Positions 17,866-29,795 of a DNA stretch of 64,000 nucleotides are shown here, in pieces; position 1 is the stretch's first letter, and each line of letters opens with the position of its first letter. Position numbers and translations under genes: made by a program. The stretch comes from Macrostomum hystrix. Taxonomy: Eukaryota; Animalia; Platyhelminthes. The notes beneath the pieces are model-generated. The model was not told where the DNA came from. It saw nothing but the letters and a program-made list of their open reading frames with translations, and ran no database searches. The DNA lies in assembly GCA_950097015.1 (NCBI GenBank), contig CATNEN010000030.1, positions 1-64,000 of the forward strand. The letters are read 5' to 3'.

Positions 17866-18495
17866 GCTCCGCGGAATGACAAGCGAGTGCTCCACGGAAT
17901 GACAAGCGAGTGCTCCACGGAATGACAAGTGAGTGCTCCACGGAATGACAAGCGAGTGCTCCACGAAATGACAAGCGAGTGCTCCACGAAATGACAAGTG
18001 ACAGCTAGGTAAATGCTCCATACAGTGACAGGTAAATGCTCCATACAGTGACAGGTAAATGCTCCATACAGTGACAGGTAAGTGCTCCATACAGTGACAG
18101 GTAAATGCTCCATACAGTGACAGGTAAGTGCTCCATACAGTGACAGGTAAATGCTCCATACAGTGACAGGTAAATGCTCCATACAGTGACAGGTAAATGC
18201 TCCATACAGTGACAGGTAAATGCTCCATACAGTGACAGGTAAATGCTCCATACAGTGACAGGTAAATGCTCCATACAGTGACAGGTAAATGCTCCATACA
18301 GTGACAGGTAAATGCTCCATACAGTGACAGGTAAATGCTCCATACAGTGACAGGTAAATGCTCCATACAGTGACAGGTAAATGCTCCATACAGTGACAGG
18401 TAAATGCTCCATACAGTGACAGGTAAATGCTCCATACAGTGACAGGTAAATGCTCCATACAGTGACAGGTAAATGCTCCATACAGTGACAGGTAA
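17866..18495. repeat. 23-bp minisatellite with two related sub-arrays
   Basis: GCTCCACGGAATGACAAGCGAGT (~6 copies) then GCTCCATACAGTGACAGGTAAAT (~21 copies). Confidence 0.95.
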
Positions 18496-19208
18496 AAGCC
18501 TTTAATTTCCCACAAGTAGACAGAATCCCTGTGAAGCAGAGCTCAAGCCTGAAACTCATGCAAGCAGCTCAGATGACTAATCACACCTCAGTTGAGCTCA
18601 CCTGACTAATTGCCTGATCTGCAGCTAGGAGTTCTAGATTTATCATCGGACAATATTCCCTTGCTCTCATCATCAATCAAAGTGGGGGCTAATCTTATGA
18701 GCAGACAGGCAGACAGTCGGGGCCGGCTATGCGAGTGTTAAAAGAACAGAAAATTTAGTGCTGAAAGCATCACAGTATCTGCTGTCATTAAAGTTTAATT
18801 CTACTTTATTTTCCACCCAGTGACAGCCAGTCTATCACCCGTCTACTATTTCGCGCAGAGCAAGTCGTTTGCAGCTAACACAGTGAGAAATGAAATGATG
18901 AGGTGGCTAGGAAATAAAAGTGCAAACGAGAGTGACAGAGTGAGTTGGCTTGCTCGAGGCCCAGCTCAATTACCGCGAATGTGCCCACTCCAAGAAGCAC
19001 TTCCAGTGGGGATTCTTGAAACCTAAAAAATCCTATTGGCAAGCTTAATAAAGCCAGCTGCACTAAATGACATCTAACGTACAACCTTGTATTTCACTTT
19101 GATTTTAGGAACCAAGAGTCGCTTTGATCAACTAACAAAATGTCTTTTTCTTCTGAATTCTAGCACAATTCTGCGATACATTTCTTTTTAAATAGGCCTC
19201 CCTGCAAC

Positions 19209-22200
19209 TCTGTTTCCCATTCTCCCACTGTCTGTTTCCCATTCTCCCACTGTCTGTTTCCCATTCTCCCACTGTCTGTTTCCCATTCTCCCACTGTCTG
19301 TTTCCCATTCTCCCACTGTCTGTTTCCCGTTCTCCCACTGTCTGTTTCCCATTCTCCCACTGTCTGTTTCCCATTCTCCCACTGTCTGTTTCCCATTCTC
19401 CCACTGTCTGTTTCCCATTCTCCCACTGTCTGTTTCTAGTTCTCCTACTGTCTGTTTCCTATTCTCCCACTGTCTGTTGTTCATTCTCCCACTGTCTGTT
19501 TCCCATTCTCCCACTGCCTGTTTCCCATTCTCCCACTGTCTGTTGTTTATTCTCCCACTGTCTGTTGTTCATTCTCCCACTGTCTGTTGTTCATTCTCCC
19601 ACTGTCTGTCTCGCATTCTCCCACTGTGTGTTTCCCATTCTCCCACTGTGTGTTTCCCATTCTCCCTCTGTCTGTTTCCCATTCTCCCACTGTCTGTTTC
19701 CCATTCTCCCACTGTCTGTTTCCCATTCTCCCACTGTCTGTTTCCCATTCTCCCACTGTCTGTTTCCCATTCTCCCACTGTCTGTTTCTAGTTCTCCTAC
19801 TGTCTGTTTCCCATTCTCCCACTGTCTGTTTCTAGTTCTCCTACTTTCTGTTTCCCATTCTCCCACTGTCTGTTTCTAGTTCTCCTACTGTCTGTTTCCC
19901 ATTCTCCCACTGTCTGTTTCTAGTTCTCCTACTGTCTGTTTCCCATTCTCCTACTGTCTGTTTCCCATTCTCCCACTGTCTGTTTCCCATTCTCCCACTG
20001 TCTGTTTCCCATTCTCCCACTGTCTGTTTCCCATTCTCCACTGTCTGTTTCCCATTCTCCACTGTCTGTTTCCCATTCTCCCACTGTCTGTTTCCCATTC
20101 TCCCACTGTCTGTTTCCCATTCTCCCACTGTCTGTTTCCCATTCTCCCACTGTCTGTTTCCCATTCTCCCACTGTCTGTTTCCCATTCTCCCACTGTCTG
20201 TTTCCCATTCTCCCACTGTCTGTTTCCCATTCTCCCACTGTCTGTTTCCCATTCTCCCACTGTCTGTTTCCCATTCTCCCACTGTCTGTTTCCCATTCTC
20301 CCACTGTCTGTTTCCCATTCTCCCACTGTCTGTTTCCCATTCTCCACTGTCTGTTTCCCATTCTCCACTGTCTGTTTCCCATTCTCCCACTGTCTGTTTC
20401 CCATTCTCCCACTGTCTGTTTCCCATTCTCCCACTGTCTGTTTCCCATTCTCCCACTGTCTGTTTCCCATTCTCCCACTGTCTGTTTCTAGTTCTCCTAC
20501 TGTCTGTTTCCCATTCTCCCACTGTCTGTTTCCCATTCTCCCACTGTCTGTTTCCCATTCTCCCACTGTCTGTTTCTAGTTCTCCTACTTTCTGTTTCCC
20601 ATTCTCCCACTGTCTGTTTCTAGTTCTCCTACTGTCTGTTTCCCATTCTCCCACTGTCTGTTTCTAGTTCTCCTACTGTCTGTTTCCCATTCTCCACTGT
20701 CTGTTTCCCATTCTCCCACTGTCTGTTTCCCATTCTCCCACTGTCTGTTTCCCATTCTCCCACTGTCTGTTTCCCATTCTCCCACTGTCTGTTTCCCATT
20801 CTCCCACTGTCTGTTTCCCATTCTCCCACTGTCTGTTTCCCATTCTCCCACTGTCTGTTTCCCATTCTCCCACTGTCTGTTTTCCCATTCTCCCACTGTC
20901 TGTTTCCCATTCTCCCACTGTCTGTTTCCCATTCTCCCACTGTCTGTTTCCCATTCTCCACTGTCTGTTTCCCATTCTCCACTGTCTGTTTCCCATTCTC
21001 CCACTGTCTGTTTCCCATTCTCCCACTGTCTGTTTCCCATTCTCCCACTGTCTGTTTCCCATTCTCCCACTGTCTGTTTCCCATTCTCCCACTGTCTGTT
21101 TCCCATTCTCCCACTGTCTGTTTCCCATTCTCCCACTGTCTGTTTCCCATTCTCCCACTGTCTGTTTCCCATTCTCCCACTGTCTGTTTCCCATTCTCCA
21201 CTGTCTGTTTCCCATTCTCCCACTGTCTGTTTCCCATTCTCCCACTGTCTGTTTCCCATTCTCCCACTGTCTGTTTCCCATTCTCCCACTGTCTGTTTCC
21301 CATTCTCCCACTGTCTGTTTCCCATTCTCCCACTGTCTGTTTCCCATTCTCCCACTGTCTGTTTCTAGTTCTCCTACTGTCTGTTTCCTATTCTCCCACT
21401 GTCTGTTGTTCATTCTCCCACTGTCTGTTGTTCATTCTCCCACTGTCTGTTTCCCATTCTCCCACTGTCTGTTTCCCATTCTCCCACTGTCTGTTTCCCA
21501 TTCTCCCACTGTCTGTTTCCCATTCTCCCACTGTCTGTTTCCCATTCTCCCACTGTCTGTTTCCCATTCTCCCACTGTCTGTTTCTAGTTCTCCTACTGT
21601 CTGTTTCCTATTCTACTACTGTCTGTTTCCTATTCTCCCACTGTCTGTTGTTCATTCTCCCACTGTCTGTTGTTCCATTCTCCCACTGTCTGTTTCCCAT
21701 TCTCCCACTGTCTGTTTCCCATTCTCCCACTGTCTGTTTCCCATTCTCCCACTGTCTGTTTCCCATTCTCCCACTGTCTGTTTCCCATTCTCCCACTGTC
21801 TGTTTCTAGTTCTCCTACTGTCTGTTTCCTATTCTACTACTGTCTGTTTCCTATTCTCCCACTGTCTGTTGTTCATTCTCCCACTGTCTGTTTCCCATTC
21901 TCCCACTGTCTGTTTCCCATTCTCCCACTGTCTGTTTCCCATTCTCCCACTGTCTGTTTCCCATTCTCCCACTGTCTGTTTCCCATTCTCCCACTGTCTG
22001 TTTCCCATTCTCCCACTGTCTGTTTCCCATTCTCCCACTGTCTGTTTCCCATTCTCCCACTGTCTGTTTCCCATTCTCCCACTGTCTGTTTCCCATTCTC
22101 CCACTGTCTGTTTCCCATTCTCCCACTGTCTGTTTCCCATTCTCCACTGTCTGTTTCCCATTCTCCACTGTCTGTTTCCCATTCTCCCACTGTCTGTTTC

Positions 22201-24117
22201 CCATTCTCCCACTGTCTGTTTCCCATTCTCCCACTGTCTGTTTCCCATTCTCCCACTGTCTGTTTCCCATTCTCCCACTGTCTGTTTCCCATTCTCCCAC
22301 TGTCTGTTTCCCATTCTCCCACTGTCTGTTTCCCATTCTCCCACTGTCTGTTTCCCATTCTCCCACTGTCTGTTTCCCATTCTCCCACTGTCTGTTTCCC
22401 ATTCTCCCACTGTCTGTTTCTAGTTCTCCTACTGTCTGTTTCCTATTCTCCCACTGTCTGTTTCCCATTCTCCCACTGTCTGTTTCCCATTCTCCCACTG
22501 TCTGTTTCCCATTCTCCCACTGTCTGTTTCTAGTTCTCCTACTGTCTGTTTCCTATTCTCCCACTGTCTGTTGTTCATTCTCCCACTGTCTGTTGTTCAT
22601 TCTCCCACTGTCTGTTTCCCATTCTCCCACTGTCTGTTTCCCATTCTCCCACTGTCTGTTTCCCATTCTCCCACTGTCTGTTTCCCATTCTCCCACTGTC
22701 TGTTTCCCATTCTCCCACTGTCTGTTTCCCATTCTCCCACTGTCTGTTTCCCATTCTCCACTGTCTGTTTCCCATTCTCCACTGTCTGTTTCCCATTCTC
22801 CCACTGTCTGTTTCTAGTTCTCCTACTGTCTGTTTCCTATTCTCCCACTGTCTGTTTCCCATTCTCCCACTGTCTGTTTCCCATTCTCCCACTGTCTGTT
22901 TCCCATTCTCCCACTGTCTGTTTCCCATTCTCCCACTGTCTGTTTCTAGTTCTCCTACTGTCTGTTTCCTATTCTCCCACTGTCTGTTTCCCATTCTCCC
23001 ACTGTCTGTTTCCCATTCTCCCACTGTCTGTTTCCCATTCTCCCACTGTCTGTTTCCCATTCTCCCACTGTCTGTTTCCCATTCTCCCACTGTCTGTTTC
23101 CCATTCTCCCACTGTCTGTTTCCCATTCTCCCACTGTCTGTTTCTAGTTCTCCTACTGTCTGTTTCCTATTCTCCCACTGTCTGTTGTTCATTCTCCCAC
23201 TGTCTGTTGTTCATTCTCCCACTGTCTGTTTCCTATTCTCCCACTGTCTGTTTCCCATTCTCCCACTGTCTGTTTCCCATTCTCCCACTGTCTGTTTCCC
23301 ATTCTCCCACTGTCTGTTTCTAGTTCTCCTACTGTCTGTTTCCTATTCTCCCACTGTCTGTTGTTCATTCTCCCACTGTCTGTTGTTCATTCTCCCACTG
23401 TCTGTTTCCCATTCTCCCACTGTCTGTTTCCCATTCTCCCACTGTCTGTTTCCCATTCTCCCACTGTCTGTTTCCCATTCTCCCACTGTCTGTTTCCCAT
23501 TCTCCCACTGTCTGTTTCTAGTTCTCCTACTGTCTGTTTCCTATTCTACTACTGTCTGTTTCCTATTCTCCCACTGTCTGTTGTTCATTCTCCCACTGTC
23601 TGTTGTTCATTCTCCCACTGTCTGTTTCCCATTCTCCCACTGTCTGTTTCCCATTCTCCCACTGTGTGTTTCCCATTCTCCCACTGTCTGTTTCCCATTC
23701 TCCCACTGCCTGTTTCCCATTCTCCCACTGCCTGTTTCCCATTCTCCCACTGTCTGTTTCCCATTCTCCCACTGTCTGTCTCGCATTCTCCCACTGTGTG
23801 TTTCCCATTCTCCCACTGTGTGTTTCCCATTCTCCCACTGTCTGTTTCCCATTCTCCCACTGTCTGTTTCCCATTCTCCCACTGTCTGTTTCCCATTCTC
23901 CCACTGTCTGTGTTGTTCATTCTCCCACTGTCTGTCTCGCATTCTCCCACTGTCTGTTTCCCATTCTCCCACTGTCTGTTTCCCATTCTCCCACTGTGTG
24001 TTTCCCATTCTCCCACTGTCTGTTTCCTATTCTCCTACTGTCTGTTTCCTATTATCCTACTGTCTGTTTCCTATTCTCCTACTGTCTGTTTCCTATTCTC
24101 CCACTGTCTGTTTCCCA
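19209..24117. repeat. 22-bp pyrimidine-rich minisatellite, ~4.9 kb, ~220 copies
   Basis: Unit TTTCCCATTCTCCCACTGTCTG with recurrent variants. Confidence 0.98.
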
Positions 24118-25112
24118 ATAGTTGGGCATTCCATTCAGCCTCAAGGACATTGTCCTTCGCGGCAAACCAATGTCTTCAGTTCCAGGGTAGAATACTTCTC
24201 TGCATTGCGATATTGAAGGGACCGGAAGTAGAAGTTTAGGATTACCTAATTCAATTCAATCGCTACCCCAATTCGCCCGTAAACAACTCATGCTGGGGGT
24301 GGGTGCTACAGGTGGCGATCTATATAATTTTTCCGAAGCTCAAAATAGTTACCCTTCTGTAGTTACATGTGTCTTAGCGGATTAAAACGAGTGAATTAAC
24401 TATTAACCAAGAAACGGGACTTCAAATTAAGTTCCAACAGGTTCTGAACCGCTAGCTGGAGTAAGAAGATAAGCCGGAGACAGATAGGCACAAATGATTG
24501 CCCGCAGAGGCTGTTGATGAAGAGAGCCGAGGCGGCTGCTACCACCCTGGAGCTGAAACGCCAGCAGCAGCAGCTTTACCTCGACTCTTCCCTGCTTCCA
24601 CCCCCGGCCGGCCCAACCATCATGAGAAGCAGGGATGACGGCAGAGCAATGGGCTGGCAGGCGTGGGGATAAGGAGAGAGAGACAGAGAGAGAGAGGCGA
24701 GCGCGGCTTGGGTCGCTTTAAGGGATAGAGAATAATCAATAAAACACAAGGAGAGAAGTCCACGCTCTTTCAGCAAATTCCTAGCTCGGCATCAGCAGCA
24801 GCATCAGCAGCAGCAGCAGCAGCAGCATCACAACAAAGTGAAATTGGCTTTCTAAAAATTTCGATGGCCGCTATATACTTGTGTACAGAAATTTAGGAAC
24901 TGAGCAGAACTGAAAAGCCATGACTTATCATTAGTGCGAGACCTGTTGATTAGATGGGAAGAGTTAAGCTGCTTATGATATCCGGCTATTTGGCAGGTTC
25001 TTCCTGTTTCTGGCCCTCTTACTCAGTCCCCCTGGAGCAGCGGGCCAGATGCGGCCCTCGAAGCTCCCAAATCCGGCCCGTTGCCCCTTCCGACACCTGC
25101 AGTATCCTGTTT

Positions 25113-26400
25113 CATCTTTCCTGTCTCATCTATCCCGTGTCTCATCTATCCCGTGTCTCATCTCTCCCGTGTCTCATCTCTCTCTTGTCTCATCTCTCCC
25201 GTGTCTAATCTCTCCCATGTCCTATATATCCCGTGTCTCATCTCTCCCGTGTCTAATCTATCCTATGTCTCATCTCTCCTGTGTCTCATCTCTCCCGTGT
25301 CTCATCTCTCCCGTGTCACGTCTCTCCCGTGTCTCATCTCTCCAGTGTCTAATCTCTCCCATGCCCTATATATCCCGTGTCTCATCTCTCCCGTGTCTCA
25401 TCTACCCCATGTCTCATCTCTCCCGTGTCTCATCTCTCCGGTGTCTAATCTCTCCCATGTCCTATATATCCCGTGTCTCATCTCTCCCGTGTCTCATCTC
25501 TCTCATGTCTCATCTCTCCCATGTCTCATCTCTCATCTATCCCATGTCTCATCTATCCCATGTCTCATCTATCCCATGTCTCATCTCTCATCTCTCCCAT
25601 GTCTCATCTCCCCCATATCTCATCTCTCATCTATCCCATGTCTCATCTATCCCATGTCTCATCTATCCCATGTCTCATCTCTCCCATGTCTCATCTCTCC
25701 CATGTCTCATCTCTCTTCTCTCCCATGTCTCATCTCTCCCATGTCTCATCTCTCCCATGTCTCATCTTTCCCATGTCTCATCTCTCCCATGTCTCATCTA
25801 TCCCATGTCTCATCTATCCCATGTCTCATCTCTCCCATGTCTCATCTCTCATCTCTCCCATGTCTCATCTCTCCCATGTCTCATCTCTCCCCTGTCTCAT
25901 CTATCCTATGTCTCATCTCTCCCATGTCTCATCTCTCCCATGTCTCATCTCTCCCCTGTCTCATCTATCCCATGTCTCATCTATCCCATGTCTCATCTAT
26001 CCCATGTCTCATCTCTCCCATGTCTCATCTCTCCCATGTCTCATCTCTCATCTCTCCCATGTCTCATCTATCCCATGTCTCATCTCTCCCATGTCTCATC
26101 TCTCCCATGTCTCATCTCTCATCTCTCCCATGTCTCATCTATCCCATGTCTCATCTCTCCCATGTCTCATCTCTCCCATGTCTCATCTATCCCTTGTCTC
26201 ATCTCTCCCGTGTCTCATCTCTCCCGTGTCTCATCTCTCCCGTGTCTCATCTCTCCCATTTCTTATCTATCCCGTGTCTCATCTCTCCCATTTCTTATCT
26301 ATCCCGTGTCTCATCTCTCCCATTTCTTATCTATCCCGTGTCTCATCTCTCCCATTTCTTATCTATCCCGTGTCTCATCTCTCCCTGTCATCTCTTCTCT
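25113..26400. repeat. Degenerate 16-bp-based CT-rich minisatellite
   Basis: Unit CCCATGTCTCATCTCT with 7-bp sub-duplications. Confidence 0.95.
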
Positions 26401-27432
26401 GTCCCGTATCTCCCCTATCTCAAATTTCTATAGTCAATGCGACCCGCTGTCGTAGAGAGGTTTTCTCTCTGGCCCCCTGGCTAATAAGTTTGCCGATCCC
26501 TTCAGCACTATCGAGTGACGCCAGCTGAGGCAACAGGTTCGAGAAAAGTCTTGAGAGTGACACGGAAGCGGCAACTCGTGACACTCTGCTGCGGCGAAGC
26601 CGACTCACGCAGCGAACAGGGCGAGCAGTCGGACGGGATGGTGGCTCGGAAAGTAGGCACGGCGATGGGGGGTGTTAGGGATTTCCTCCCACCCTCAAAT
26701 CGGGAGCGACGCGGAAGAGATGGAAGCAGAAATTCCACATTTTTTCCTGGCAGTCCCAGGAGTCCTTCGGGGGGGGGCGAAGAGATCTAACCGCTCACTC
26801 ACACTCCTGTGCTGCCCTCTCCCCCCACCCCCGCGGGTTGCCCAGAAGCTCCGGTGAGGAGAACGAACTCAGGGATTTCAGCGTGAGCCGGCGGGCACAC
26901 GCGCGCACACAGATAGGGATGGAGGGTGGCACAACCCGGCCAAGCCACCAAAAAAATCAGATTAACTGCATCGTGGAGCTCGAAGATATCGCCCCCAAGC
27001 TGCGGCACCAGTGACTTTGGTGGAGCCTGTTGTAGGGGCCTGTAGGCTTAACCGCAAACCGCCATATAAGCTAATACTTGGAATCTGTTGGAGTCAGAAT
27101 GGCTTCTTATTCCAAATAGATATAAATAAAAGATAGAAAGAATTTATATAGCGTGACAATGGTTGTCAACTAAACAACACAACAATCTGAGTTCTAGCTT
27201 GCAGATCTCTAATATGTGCAACTGTTTTATAGAACTCATCAAAATCACCTTGCTAATTAATTATTAAAACCACCGGGGCTTCAGTTTCCTGATTGCACTT
27301 TCTCCTTCAATAGTATTCCTTTTCGTTTGACCCAATTCCGACTATTCAAATCTTATTTGCTGTCAAAGCCTGTTTGATATCGATCGTCAAGTGCTCTCAA
27401 CGTTAAAAGTACATTTCGGAAAAATTTCAGCG

Positions 27433-27950
27433 ATTCACAGATTTCATGTCAGTCACAGATTTCATGTCACTCACAGATTCCATGTCAGTCACAGATTTCA
27501 TGTCACTCACAGATTTCATGTCACTCACAGATTTCATGTCACTCACAGATTTCATGTCACTCACAGATTTCATGTCACTCACAGATTTCATGTCACTCAC
27601 AGATTTCATGTCACTCACAGATTTCATGTCACTCACAGATTTCATGTCACTCACAGATTTCATGTCACTCACAGATTTCATGTCACTCACAGATTTCATG
27701 TCACTCACAGATTTCACGTCACTCACAGATTTCATGTCACTCACAGATTTCATGTCACTCACAGATTTCATGTCACTCACAGATTTCATGTCACTCACAG
27801 ATTTCATGTCACTCACAGATTTCATGTCACTCACAGATTTCATGTCACTCACAGATTTCATGTCACTCACAGATTTCACGTCACTCACAGATTTCATGTC
27901 ACTCACAGATTTCATGTCACTCACAGATTTCATGTCACTCACAGATTTCA
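27433..27950. repeat. 18-bp minisatellite, ~28 copies
   Basis: Unit CACAGATTTCATGTCACT. Confidence 0.97.
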
Positions 27951-28598
27951 AGCTATTCACAAATGTGATCAGCTTCAGAGATTCCGTGGGATTCACAGAT
28001 TACTCGTACCTGTGAATATTGGTGTTTTCCCAAGTAAAGAAGAATGATTTCGAAATTTTCAGGGCGACTCGAATGTTAAAATGTAACAGTATAAATTTTA
28101 CTATTCGCGGGCTCTTAGTTACGCATTGGCACTGGCAATAACATATAATTTGATAAAGCAAATCGCACATTGAGTTGTGTCTGTGTGTCCGGGTCTTATG
28201 TCTCTGGCAGTAGTTCTTAGATATGCAAAAATGCAACAAAAACTCTAATATACTCGGCTCCCTTAGCTATTCTCTATTTGAAAATAATGCGAGTCAATGA
28301 CGACGAAATAAAAGTACATTTACAATGGACTGGCGCGAAACTGAGGCGAGAGGGCGAGAGTGAGGGACAGGTGCAGAGAGGCGAAGTTAGTTGGTGAGGC
28401 CGTGTGAGCAGGAATTGCTTGGGGGCGCAAATGGAACTCGAAGAAAACTCTCGCATCGATCGATACAAGCTTTGCCAAGTCTAGAGGAAGGAAAAAACAC
28501 AATGAAAATTTTATCCCAGTCAGGCAGAACTATTCAATTAGATTCGGCGCTAAAAAAATAATACAAAGCGGTGGTGGGGTCTGTCCCGACCCGCGCCG

Positions 28599-29795
28599 CT
28601 AGGTGCTGACGGCAGCGTGGCTGCTGTGCACCAGGGCGCGAGCTTCGAACCTATCCAAGCTGGGCGCTGTCGCCTCCCCGTCGTCGGCCGCCGGAGTGTC
28701 TGGCGCGGATTCCGGCGCGCCTATCGGGACTGTCGAAGACTGGCAAAGCAGCGGGCAGGCTTCCTCCTCCGCCACTGGCGATAAAGAGGCCACCTGCTGC
28801 TGCTGCTGGGTTTGACTATTGCAAGTAGCTGTGCATTTTGAGGAGCAATTTTGTTGTTGCTGCTGCTGCTGCTGGTGGTGGTGGTGCTGCAGTTGTTCCA
28901 GCAAGTCTGACTCGTCAATTAGCACAGTGAGCGGATTTCCAGACTGCGGTGCTGGCAACGGCGACTGCGGCGTCGATGTTAGTCTCCGCCGGCCGCCGAT
29001 CTGGCGGTACGGAGTATTGCTGGCGCTCCGGCTGGCCAGACCGGGGCCTGCCTCAGTCAGCAGCAGCTGGGCCAGAAGGCTCGGCCTGAGCTGCAGCTCA
29101 ACGTTGGACTGGCAGAGGCGCAGGTGAGAATCATTGAAGTCGGCCGCGGCCCGATGGCTGGCTATCCAGTCCTGAGTTTTCTGTTTGCCAGAGTGCCAGA
29201 CCTCCTTCAGACGCTTCTGGTACCACTTTGCGTCGCTCTGTCGCTTTTTCATGTCGTATTTCAGCGTCTGCTGCGCTGTGGCCAGGCGCTTCTGCTGCTT
29301 CCTGCGATTGCTTTTTCTTTTCGGTTCGCTTTTCTTTTGATTTTCCTGTTTTAGTTGGTTTTGCTCCGGCTGCTGATGCTGCAGGCTGCTCTGCTTGGCG
29401 CCCCCAACAGCCGCGGCGGCTACAGCGGCCGGTCGTTCCTGACTGTAGGAGAAGAACTTGGCGTCAAACTGAGACCGGCGAATGACCTCCTCCTCGTAGA
29501 TGTCGGATGTTCGCTTGCACTTGGACTTGTAGAAGACGTACAGGAAGCAGATGACCAGGGAAGCGGCTAGAATCACCCCGGTCTGAATGCCCTCGCCCGG
29601 ATTGTACTGCGCGTGCAGATTCTTCAAATCCTGCTGGTGCTTGAGGCGCAGCAACATCTCGGCCTGCGCCTCAGGGGTCAGGGTGGTTGTGGAGGCCGCC
29701 GACCGACTGCTAGCACCGCCAGCCGAGGCAGCGGAGACGACGCTGGCTGTGGAAGCATCCGAGGTTAGCGTTGGCGACACCTTGATGAGCAGCAT
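28599..29795 (-). CDS. Single-exon, single-pass membrane protein with low-complexity Ala/Ser/Gln regions; function unknown
   Basis: Open frame of ~400 codons with exon-like composition; one TM helix GVILAASLVICFLYVFY followed by KSKCKR; first ATG at 29795. Confidence 0.8.
   Translation of the reverse strand: MLLIKVSPTLTSDASTASVVSAASAGGASSRSAASTTTLTPEAQAEMLLRLKHQQDLKNLHAQYNPGEGIQTGVILAASLVICFLYVFYKSKCKRTSDIYEEEVIRRSQFDAKFFSYSQERPAAVAAAAVGGAKQSSLQHQQPEQNQLKQENQKKSEPKRKSNRRKQQKRLATAQQTLKYDMKKRQSDAKWYQKRLKEVWHSGKQKTQDWIASHRAAADFNDSHLRLCQSNVELQLRPSLLAQLLLTEAGPGLASRSASNTPYRQIGGRRRLTSTPQSPLPAPQSGNPLTVLIDESDLLEQLQHHHHQQQQQQQQNCSSKCTATCNSQTQQQQQVASLSPVAEEEACPLLCQSSTVPIGAPESAPDTPAADDGEATAPSLDRFEARALVHSSHAAVST

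Noticed and set aside
18599-18726. Minus-strand exon-like segment with a good acceptor and CAG|GTGAGC donor
   Set aside because: Stops in all three frames from the acceptor and no compatible coding partner found.
19132-24239. Dozens of long ORFs (GEWETDSGRMGNRQWENGKQTV / FPILPLSVSHSPTVC) on both strands
   Set aside because: A 22-bp unit with no stop codon in any frame; period is not a multiple of 3, and frequent indel variants shift frames.
25049-28047. 450-468 aa and 189-218 aa repeat ORFs (SHLS/PCLI, HRFHVT)
   Set aside because: Translations of 16-bp and 18-bp minisatellites; all frames are open and there is no domain content.
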